Assembly (NCBI GenBank): GCA_003599025.1
Contig: QZIL01000084.1
Span: forward strand, 4,285-68,284
Length of the DNA: 64,000 bases
Source of the DNA: Nitrospiraceae bacterium
Lineage (GTDB): Bacteria; Nitrospirota; Thermodesulfovibrionia; UBA6902
Reading direction: 5' to 3'
Each line of letters starts with the position of its first letter. Within the stretch, counting starts at the first letter, position 1. Shown here piece by piece: positions 30,015 through 37,636 of the stretch. The position numbers and the translations under genes were made by a program. Below the pieces are notes generated by a model. That model saw only the letters and a list, made by a program, of their open reading frames with translations. It made no database searches and had not been told where the DNA came from.

Positions 30015-32915
30015 ATGAAGCGGAAAATCATTACATCTTTACTGGCGATCTTTATGTTTTTCAGTATTGGTGCAGCGATTGCCATGTTCTACATAACCAA
30101 TACCACAACAGACCTGAAAAAAATTATAGATCTTCAGGAGGTGGAACAGCTCAGGCGGTCACTGGTTATCAATATTCAAACCGTCCAATCCAGCCTGTAT
30201 GCTGTTAACACTCCTTACTCCACTGAGCTTGATTCAATAATTGAAAATACCTCGAGTCTTGAAGTAACAGCCAATGAATGTACTGGGTGCCATCATCCGC
30301 CCCGGTTATCAGACCGGATTTCTGATATTCAGATACTTATTAAAGATTATGAGGAAAGCCTGAGTTACTACATAACATCAAGGGCTGATTCAGAAAGAAT
30401 CGAGAAGCTGAAGACTGAAGCCGTTAATATCGGCAACAGGCTTCTGGCAATGACTGAACAGATGTCACATAAAGCAAGCCTCTTTCTCGATTCCGAGAGA
30501 GACGCTGCCATGATGGAGATCAACAATGTAAAGAAAATACTCGCCGGGACTATTTTGATTACTTCTTTTCTCGGGATCCTTGTCGCGGTAATATTAACCA
30601 GGTCAGTTACCCGCCCGATAAAAGAACTTCTGGATGCAACCAGAATGATTACCTCCGGTAAGCTCGGGTCAACTATTTCTTACACAGACAGAACAGAGTT
30701 TGGAGAACTTGCCCAGCATTTCAACACAATGAGCACCGCAATCAAGGACGGGTATGAAAAGATACAGGAAGAAGTAACTGAGCGCAGCGTTGCGGAAGCA
30801 GCACTGGTCAAGTCCGAAAAATTTCTCAGTACAATTTTTGACAGCATACGCGATCCTTTCTGCATATTCGACAGTGAATACAGAATAGTTAAGATCAACG
30901 AGGCCTATGCAGACATGAAAAATATAAGAGAGGGTGATCTTGTCGGCAGGACATGTTATGAGGTAATTCATGGCAGAAGTGCTGTTTGTGAAGGCTGCAT
31001 TGTGACGACAACTTTTAGATCCAAGGATCCTTGTGCAAAGGACAAACTTATTATACAAAGCGATGGATCACCACAGTGGTCAGAGATTTATACGTATCCC
31101 ATTTTTAATGAAAAAAGGGATGTATTATATATTATCGAATATACAAGAGATATAACCGACCGTAAAAAGACGGAGGAGAACCTTAAGAAAAGCGAGGAAC
31201 GTTATGCCCTTGCTTCTCGCGGCGCAAACGACGGTTTGTGGGACTGGGACCTGCAACTGAACGAAGTTTATTATTCACCCCGCTGGAAGTCGATGCTTGG
31301 TTATGAAGAGGACGAATTAAGTAACAGTCCTGATGAATGGCTTGACCGGATTCATCAGGATGACCGCGTACAGGTGGAGATGGAAATAACAGCCCATGTC
31401 AGCGGACAATCCCCTCATTTCGTGAGTGAATATCGTATGTTGCATAAGAACGGCACATACCGCTGGGTATTGAGCCGGGGTCTTTCTGTATGTGATATGT
31501 CGTCAAAGGCCCAGCGTATTGCTGGATCAATGACTGACATTACAGAGCGCAAGAAGGCAGAGGAGCAGCTTGTTTTTGATGCGCTGCATGATTCTCTTAC
31601 AGGCCTGCCGAACAGGGCGCTTTTTATGGACCGTCTGGGACATGCGGTTGAGAGGGAGAAGAGAAACAGTAAATATATGTTTGCTGTACTGTTTATGGAT
31701 ATGGACCGTTTCAAAGTCCTTAATGACAGTATGGGACACACAACCGGCGATGCGCTGCTTGTTTCAGTCAGTGAAAGACTGGAAGAAAGTCTTCGCCCTG
31801 GAGATACAGTGGCTAGGTTCGGAGGTGACGAATTTGCGATACTCCTTGAAGACCTTGGAAGCAAGGGAGAGGCAATCTTTATTGCAGAGAGGGTGCAGGA
31901 AAAACTGAGGATGCCCTTCAGGTTAAGCGGACAGGATGTATTCACGTCTGCGAGTATAGGAATTGCGTTCAGTACGACTGGATATGACCAGCCTGAGCAC
32001 CTGCTGCGCAATGCCGATATAGCCATGTATCATGCTAAGGCAAACAGTGGAAATGAGAGATTCAAAATATTTGACACCGGGATGTATGACACGGCAGTTG
32101 CCCGTCTGCAGTTGGAGACTGACCTTCGTCAGGCAATCAATCAGAATGAGTTCGTGCTGCATTATCAGCCGATAATATCCATGGAAGATGGTAGCATTGA
32201 GGGTCTTGAAGCTCTTATCAGGTGGCAGCACCCTGTTCAGGGTTTTATTCCGCCAAATGAGTTTATCCCGACGGCTGAAGAAACAGGCCTGATTATTGAG
32301 GTGGGGGAATGGGTACTCCATGAAGCCTGCCGGCAGCTGACTGCATGGCATAAGCAATACCCTTCGATTTCCCATTTATCAATTAGTGTAAATATATCCA
32401 GCAAGCAGTTGCTGCCCAAACTGATAAATCAGGTGCGCGAAGTACTGCACGAGACTGGAATCAGGCCCGAATGTCTTGTACTTGAGATTACCGAAAGCAT
32501 GATCATGGAAAATGCAAAGGTGGCATCTCCCCTGCTATTGCAGCTGAAAGACATGAAGGTCAAAATCCATATTGACGATTTTGGCACCGGATATTCATCG
32601 CTGAGTTACCTACACCAGTTCCCTGTCGATGTTCTGAAGATAGATCGTTCTTTCGTAAAAAGGATCGGGGACAACGATGATAATCTCGAAATTATCAGGG
32701 CCATAACGACCCTGGCACACAGTCTTGAAATGAGTGTTATTGCGGAAGGTGTGGAAACAGAGGAACAGCTCACGCAACTGAAGGCCCTGGGATGCGAATA
32801 TATGCAGGGATATTTATTTTCCAAACCCCTGAACAGTAAAGATATAGAGGCCTTATTGCAGAAAGGCCGGATGGACCTTGTTACTTTTTTTACACGCACC
32901 CAGTTTAAGAGTTAA
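30015..32915 (+). CDS. Membrane sensor: periplasmic domain with a CxxCH motif, then HAMP, two PAS, GGDEF and EAL (c-di-GMP turnover)
   Basis: TM1 at about aa 5-27 and TM2 at about aa 175-195. CTGCH lies between them. HAMP (RPIKELLDATRMI). PAS (FDSIRDPFCIFD.. and NDGLWDWDL...RWKSMLGY). GGDEF as RFGGDEFAIL. EAL as EALIRW...LEITES...DDFGTGYSSL. Confidence 0.9.
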   Translation: MKRKIITSLLAIFMFFSIGAAIAMFYITNTTTDLKKIIDLQEVEQLRRSLVINIQTVQSSLYAVNTPYSTELDSIIENTSSLEVTANECTGCHHPPRLSDRISDIQILIKDYEESLSYYITSRADSERIEKLKTEAVNIGNRLLAMTEQMSHKASLFLDSERDAAMMEINNVKKILAGTILITSFLGILVAVILTRSVTRPIKELLDATRMITSGKLGSTISYTDRTEFGELAQHFNTMSTAIKDGYEKIQEEVTERSVAEAALVKSEKFLSTIFDSIRDPFCIFDSEYRIVKINEAYADMKNIREGDLVGRTCYEVIHGRSAVCEGCIVTTTFRSKDPCAKDKLIIQSDGSPQWSEIYTYPIFNEKRDVLYIIEYTRDITDRKKTEENLKKSEERYALASRGANDGLWDWDLQLNEVYYSPRWKSMLGYEEDELSNSPDEWLDRIHQDDRVQVEMEITAHVSGQSPHFVSEYRMLHKNGTYRWVLSRGLSVCDMSSKAQRIAGSMTDITERKKAEEQLVFDALHDSLTGLPNRALFMDRLGHAVEREKRNSKYMFAVLFMDMDRFKVLNDSMGHTTGDALLVSVSERLEESLRPGDTVARFGGDEFAILLEDLGSKGEAIFIAERVQEKLRMPFRLSGQDVFTSASIGIAFSTTGYDQPEHLLRNADIAMYHAKANSGNERFKIFDTGMYDTAVARLQLETDLRQAINQNEFVLHYQPIISMEDGSIEGLEALIRWQHPVQGFIPPNEFIPTAEETGLIIEVGEWVLHEACRQLTAWHKQYPSISHLSISVNISSKQLLPKLINQVREVLHETGIRPECLVLEITESMIMENAKVASPLLLQLKDMKVKIHIDDFGTGYSSLSYLHQFPVDVLKIDRSFVKRIGDNDDNLEIIRAITTLAHSLEMSVIAEGVETEEQLTQLKALGCEYMQGYLFSKPLNSKDIEALLQKGRMDLVTFFTRTQFKS

Positions 32916-32926
32916 GCGAGATAATC

Positions 32927-34966
32927 TTATTCGATTACTTTAGAAAAATCTGCAAGTGAATTGAAAAGCTCCTTGACAGTATTAAGCAGGGCCAGCCTGT
33001 TTTCCCTGATATGAGGGTCTTTGTCCATCACAAGAACGCTGTCAAAAAAAGTATTAACGGGTTTTTCAAGTTTAAAAAGGGCATCAAAGCCTGTTGCGGT
33101 CATCATGTCCGCTCTTACTTTTCCTATAACTCCATACAATTCCGTTTCTGATGGCTCTGACAACAAATTCTCTTTCACATCTCCCGGCCGGACTTTGGCA
33201 AGGATGTTGTAAACCCTTTTTGCCGCGGTAAGAAGTGCTGGAAATCCGGGTTCCTTTTTTAGTGCTGATAATGCCTGGATCCTTTTCTGAATATCGGTCA
33301 AATTAAGCACAGTAACTGACAGAGCCGCATTGATTACATCATGACTGTGACCCTGAGAGAGCAGTATGCCTTCAAGTCTTTGATTAAAAAACTGCAGTAT
33401 CATGTCTGCAAGCACCGCCCTTTTGGGTTCTGACGGTTCCAATTTTATTAGGGACTTGTCAATAAGCCAGTTCAGGGTAACAGCGTAATCATTGCTCTGC
33501 AAAATATTTAAAATGCCTGCCGCCTGTCTGCGCAATGCAAAAGGGTCTTCGGATCCCGAGGGGATCATGCCAAGATAAAAAAATGAGGCTATATTGTCAA
33601 ACTTGTCTGACATTGATACTATTGTGCCTATTTCTCCGGAAGGAAGAGAGTCCCCTGCAAACCTCGGGAGGTAGTGTTCATATATGGCTGAAGCTATTGC
33701 CTTGTCTTCCCCTGACTTACCGGCATATATCATTCCCATGTAGCCCTGCAGTTCGGGGAACTCACCCACTACTCCTGTTACCAGGTCAGCTTTACACAGC
33801 ATAGAGGCCCGCAGTGACTTATCTTTTAAATCAGGATTAATCATCTCGGCTATAACAGATGAAAGGGCGCACACCCTTTCGGTTTTTTCATAAAGACTCC
33901 CGAGTTTTTCCTGAAAAGTAACTTTCTTAAGTCCTTCCATATAATCGTGCATAGAGCACTTCTGGTCTTCAGTATAGTAAAACCTCGCGTCTTCGAGCCT
34001 TGCCCTGAGGACCCGTTCTGCCCCCCTTCTTACAGTGTCATTGACTTCTTTATTCATGTTGCTGATCACTATAAAAGAAGACTTCATGTTGCCTGCCCTG
34101 TCTTCAACTGAGAAGTATTTCTGATGTGTTCTCATTACAGTTATCAATAATTCCCTGGGAAGATCCAGAAATTTAGTGTCAAAATTTCCGAGCACAGCAG
34201 TTGGATACTCGACCAGATTCGTTACTGTGTCGAGCAGTTCAGCGTCTTTGTGTACTATGCAGTCTGCTGATGCCTCGATCGCCTGAATACCTTCTGAAAT
34301 AAGGTCCTTTCTTTTGTCTGTGTCAGCATAGACATGATTTTGTTTAAGCGAGGATGAATATGAAGAAGGGGAATCGATTTTAAGAGCAGCCGGAGACAGA
34401 AATCTGTGTCCGTATGAAATATTACCGCTTTTTATGGAGTCCAGTGCAAAGGGAATGACCTCGCTTCCGAGCAGGGCGAGTATCCACTGAATAGGCCTGA
34501 AATATTTCAGGGAACTGTCACCCCACCGCATAGATTTCGGCAGCTGAAGTGACGATATCAGCTTTGGCAGGGACTCTGAAAGGACGTCTGCTGTCGGTCT
34601 GCCGATTTCTGTGACTGTGGCAGAAACATATTCTCCGCGTTCAGTATTTATTATTCTCAGATCCTCTACCCCGATATTCAGCGACTTTGCAAATCCCAGA
34701 GCGGCTTTTGTAGGATTACCGTTTGCATCATATGCGGACTTTTTCGGAGGTCCCAGAGACTCTATGGTTCTGTCATTCTGTAATTCTGCGACGTTATCTA
34801 TGAGAATTGCCAGTCTTCTTGGAGTTGAGTATTCAGATATATTGCCATATGTAATGGATGATTTTTCCAGTAACTGAACAAGGTCTCCCCTGAGCAGGGC
34901 CAGGCCTCTTGAGATAAACCTTGCCGGTATTTCTTCGGATCCAATTTCAATAAGTAACGGCTTCAT
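32927..34966 (-). CDS. glyS: Glycine--tRNA ligase beta subunit
   Basis: 679 aa. MKPLLIEIGSEEIPARF......TPRRLA...... is the canonical GlyS N-terminus. It lies immediately downstream of glyQ. Confidence 0.95.
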   Translation of the reverse strand: MKPLLIEIGSEEIPARFISRGLALLRGDLVQLLEKSSITYGNISEYSTPRRLAILIDNVAELQNDRTIESLGPPKKSAYDANGNPTKAALGFAKSLNIGVEDLRIINTERGEYVSATVTEIGRPTADVLSESLPKLISSLQLPKSMRWGDSSLKYFRPIQWILALLGSEVIPFALDSIKSGNISYGHRFLSPAALKIDSPSSYSSSLKQNHVYADTDKRKDLISEGIQAIEASADCIVHKDAELLDTVTNLVEYPTAVLGNFDTKFLDLPRELLITVMRTHQKYFSVEDRAGNMKSSFIVISNMNKEVNDTVRRGAERVLRARLEDARFYYTEDQKCSMHDYMEGLKKVTFQEKLGSLYEKTERVCALSSVIAEMINPDLKDKSLRASMLCKADLVTGVVGEFPELQGYMGMIYAGKSGEDKAIASAIYEHYLPRFAGDSLPSGEIGTIVSMSDKFDNIASFFYLGMIPSGSEDPFALRRQAAGILNILQSNDYAVTLNWLIDKSLIKLEPSEPKRAVLADMILQFFNQRLEGILLSQGHSHDVINAALSVTVLNLTDIQKRIQALSALKKEPGFPALLTAAKRVYNILAKVRPGDVKENLLSEPSETELYGVIGKVRADMMTATGFDALFKLEKPVNTFFDSVLVMDKDPHIRENRLALLNTVKELFNSLADFSKVIE

Positions 34967-35031
34967 AGTAAGTCAGTTTACGCTGTTTCAATTGTTCTGG
35001 CAGTTCAAGTGATCGGAACTGACATGACGAT

Positions 35032-35901
35032 TTATTTTGTTAGTAAGGGGAATCCCATGTCTTCCCTCAGTTTCAGATAACCGTGCGCACATTTTCTGGC
35101 GAGATTTCTGATTCTTGCTATATAGGCTGTCCTTTCTGTGACGCTTATGGCCCCTCGGGCATCCAGCAGATTGAAGCTGTGGGAACATTTAAGGCAGTAA
35201 TCATATGCCGGCAGGACAAGCCCCAGTTTAAGCGTATTTAATGTCTCAGTTTCATACTTCTCAAACAGAGTAAAAAGAAGTGATGTATCAGCGGTGTCAA
35301 AGTTGTATCTGGAAAACTCAACTTCTGTGGCATGGTGGATGTCGCCATATGTGATGTTGCTGTTCCACTTAAGGTCATAAACATTGTCGACTTCCTGAAG
35401 ATACATGGCAATACGTTCCAGTCCATACGTCAGTTCAACTGAGACCGGTCTCAGTTCAATGCCACCCACCTGCTGAAAATAAGTAAACTGAGTCACTTCC
35501 ATCCCATCCAGCCATACTTCCCAACCCAGACCCCAGGCACCCAGTGTCGGGGATTCCCAGTCGTCTTCAACAAAGCGGATATCATGCTTAAGCAGGTCAA
35601 TACCGATGGCCGAGAGGCTTTTCAGATATAAGTCCTGCGAGTCCGGTGGAGATGGTTTAAGAATTACCTGGTACTGGTAATAATGCTGCAGTCTGTTCGG
35701 GTTGTCTCCATACCTGCCATCTGTAGGTCTTCTGGAGGGTTCAACATAAGCGGTTCGCCATGGCTCTGGACCGAGCACCCGGAAAAAGGTCGCAGGATTA
35801 AAAGTGCCTGCACCAACCTCAATATCATAGGGCTGATGTATAACACACCCCTGTTTGATCCAGAATTCGTGGAGCTTTAAAATTAGGTCCTGTAAATACA
35901 A
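35032..35901 (-). CDS. glyQ: Glycine--tRNA ligase alpha subunit
   Basis: 289 aa. [17 protein letters not shown]...[16 protein letters not shown]...[24 protein letters not shown]. Confidence 0.95.
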   Translation of the reverse strand: MYLQDLILKLHEFWIKQGCVIHQPYDIEVGAGTFNPATFFRVLGPEPWRTAYVEPSRRPTDGRYGDNPNRLQHYYQYQVILKPSPPDSQDLYLKSLSAIGIDLLKHDIRFVEDDWESPTLGAWGLGWEVWLDGMEVTQFTYFQQVGGIELRPVSVELTYGLERIAMYLQEVDNVYDLKWNSNITYGDIHHATEVEFSRYNFDTADTSLLFTLFEKYETETLNTLKLGLVLPAYDYCLKCSHSFNLLDARGAISVTERTAYIARIRNLARKCAHGYLKLREDMGFPLLTK

Positions 35902-36126
35902 TTTATCTGACTCTGAAGATGAAAATAAGATTCCAGTTTAATTGCTGACGATAAATCTTATATAGAAGCCTGTGCCTTTGTCAAATTAATGCAGCCGTCA
36001 GCTACCAGTCATCAGTTATCAGCGCAAGATCCGGGAGTACTGATATGATGTATATTCAGCGGGTAATTATTGAAGGTATGTATTAATTAATAATGAAAGC
36101 TGATAGCTGAATGCTGACGGCTTCTT

Positions 36127-36142
36127 TATGATAAATATCATA
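36127..36142 (+). promoter_or_regulatory. Palindromic operator TATGAT-N4-ATCATA (CRP/FNR-like 5-N4-5 geometry), copy 1
   Basis: ctTTATGATaaatATCATAGAt. The centre is about 40 nt upstream of the transcription start predicted from TATAAT at 36163-36168. The NifU-like ATG is at 36195. Confidence 0.45.
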
Positions 36143-36194
36143 GATTTATATTTTGATTAAGTTATAATAATTAAAAATAAAAAGGGAGGCAATC

Positions 36195-36422
36195 ATGTTA
36201 AAAGAAAAAGTAGAGGAAGTCCTGGGAAAAGTCAGGCCATTGCTTCAAAGAGATGGTGGAGACGTTGTGCTGGTTGATGTACAGGATGACGGTGTGGTAA
36301 AGGTAAAACTCACAGGTGCATGCTCCGGATGTCCTATGTCAACTATGACTCTGAAAAATGCAATTGAAGAAACTATTAAAAAAGAGATTCCTGAAGTGAA
36401 ATCTGTTGAGCAGGTCAGCTGA
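36195..36422 (+). CDS. NifU C-terminal-domain (Nfu-type) Fe-S cluster protein
   Basis: 75 aa. V..VL..VRP.LQ.DGGDV.LVDV.DDGVVKVKLTGACSGCPMSTMTLKN.IE. RBS gggagg. Confidence 0.85.
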   Translation: MLKEKVEEVLGKVRPLLQRDGGDVVLVDVQDDGVVKVKLTGACSGCPMSTMTLKNAIEETIKKEIPEVKSVEQVS

Positions 36423-36501
36423 TTAATATGTGTTTTGGTTATTAAGAATTGATCCACAAATTGATTAGTATCAGGCAGCATGATTTAGAAAGGGTATTTG
36501 A

Positions 36502-36903
36502 ATGGAACCTGTAATTGTATGGTATCTGAGAATGAGCGTTGTCTATTTTGTTGCGGGTGTTGCAACTGGATTTGGCATGCTGTTATGGCCGAGCGAATCT
36601 GGATATTATTTGCCCGTTCATGTGCACTTGAATCTTCTGGGTTTTATGTCGATGATGATTTACGGTGTGGGTTATCATATATTGCCCAAGTTCAGCGGTC
36701 GCCATATCTACAGCCCACAAATTATGAAGGTCCAGTTCTGGTTTTCAAATGCCGGACTGATCGGCATGGCGGTCAGCTGGCCATTTCATATGGGCGGAGG
36801 TGTTCCAATTGCTGAAACCACACTGGTTCTATTTTCAGCACTTTCACTAATAGCGATAATATTATTTGCCATTAACATACTGAAAACTGTCAAGTCAGTT
36901 TAA
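36502..36903 (+). CDS. Four-TM membrane protein resembling a fragment of haem-copper oxidase subunit I
   Basis: HVHLNLLGFMSMMIYGVGYHILPKFSGRHIYSPQIMKVQFWFSNAGLIGM parallels the H.H..L.GW.....G..Y.L.P...GR.LYS..L...HFW....G helices of CcoN/NorB-type subunits. At 133 aa it is far too short to be an oxidase. Confidence 0.55.
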   Translation: MEPVIVWYLRMSVVYFVAGVATGFGMLLWPSESGYYLPVHVHLNLLGFMSMMIYGVGYHILPKFSGRHIYSPQIMKVQFWFSNAGLIGMAVSWPFHMGGGVPIAETTLVLFSALSLIAIILFAINILKTVKSV

Positions 36904-36922
36904 GTTTTCATGTTTGCGCTTT

Positions 36923-36938
36923 TATGATTGAAATCATA
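36923..36938 (+). promoter_or_regulatory. Palindromic operator TATGAT-N4-ATCATA, copy 2
   Basis: ttTTATGATtgaaATCATAGAa has the same arms and flanks as copy 1. TAATGT at 36960-36965 would put the site centre near -41. The DUF1858 ATG is at 37061. Confidence 0.45.
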
Positions 36939-37060
36939 GAAACTAATTGATTTTTTGTCTAATGTATAGATAGTAAGTTGAATTTCAGAAATAGTATATT
37001 CAGATTTGCACTGAAATTGAAATTATAAAACACAAGTAATTAAGAAAGGATATAACAACG

Positions 37061-37273
37061 ATGGAAATAACAAAAGATTCTGTTATAGGAGATGTGATCA
37101 AGAATGTTCCAGGAGCAGATAAAGTAATAGAAAAATTTTTCGGTAATGGTTGTTTTACATGTCCTGGAATCAATATGGAGTCAATTGCTTTTGGGGCAGC
37201 CATGCATAACATGGACCCTGAAGTAGTCGTGACTGAGATGAAGAAACTCGTGGAGGAAGGTAATGGAACATAA
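37061..37273 (+). CDS. DUF1858 (ScdA-N-like, hybrid-cluster-protein-associated redox disulfide) protein
   Basis: 70 aa. ITKDSVIGDVI...P.A..V...F...GCFTCPG...ESI...A..H..D....V. Confidence 0.75.
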   Translation: MEITKDSVIGDVIKNVPGADKVIEKFFGNGCFTCPGINMESIAFGAAMHNMDPEVVVTEMKKLVEEGNGT

Positions 37274-37391
37274 ATGTCTTAATTGCGGGATTGCGAGTGA
37301 AGATGTATTGTTGCTCTCGTGTGAATATAAAGGAGAATTATTGTTTATTTGTGTTAAGTGTTTCCCCCTGCTTATTCATAGCTCTCATTAA
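37263..37391 (+). CDS. Untracked 42-aa four-Cys zinc-ribbon ORF, overlapping the DUF1858 stop
   Basis: ATGGAACATAA: the ATG at 37263 overlaps the preceding TAA (37271-37273). It translates to MEHKCLNCGIASEDVLLLSCEYKGELLFICVKCFPLLIHSSH, i.e. CxxC-N21-CxxC, similar in spacing to ClpX-type zinc fingers. It falls below the 60-aa cutoff of the ORF track. Confidence 0.45.
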   Translation: MEHKCLNCGIASEDVLLLSCEYKGELLFICVKCFPLLIHSSH

Positions 37392-37549
37392 TAACGCTTC
37401 TGATCTGAATTTATCGTCGCCATTCTTGAGTTGCCTGAAAACCTCTCCAGTTTTTTGTTGTCCTGTCTATAAATAATTATTGCCAGGTTAACCAGTATGA
37501 TGAATATATTTTATTGCTACTGGCATGTAAAATATCGATGTAAAAAATC

Positions 37550-37578
37550 TTGACAAGTGTTTTGTTTTGTGGTATGTT
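37550..37578 (+). promoter_or_regulatory. Sigma70-type promoter candidate (TTGACA-N17-TATGTT) for the PilZ-sigma54 activator gene
   Basis: TTGACA at 37550-37555 and TATGTT at 37573-37578, with the ATG at 37637. Confidence 0.4.
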
Positions 37579-37636
37579 TAAACAAAGCCTTTTCTAATTA
37601 AACCAATTACTTCAAAAAATTCTAAAGGGAGGAAGT

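Noticed and set aside
36498-36815. ORF 36498..36815, overlapping the 4-TM protein gene in another frame
   Set aside because: Its translation is Cys/Arg-rich and lacks features. The 36502 frame gives four clean TM helices and the oxidase-subunit-I-like motif.
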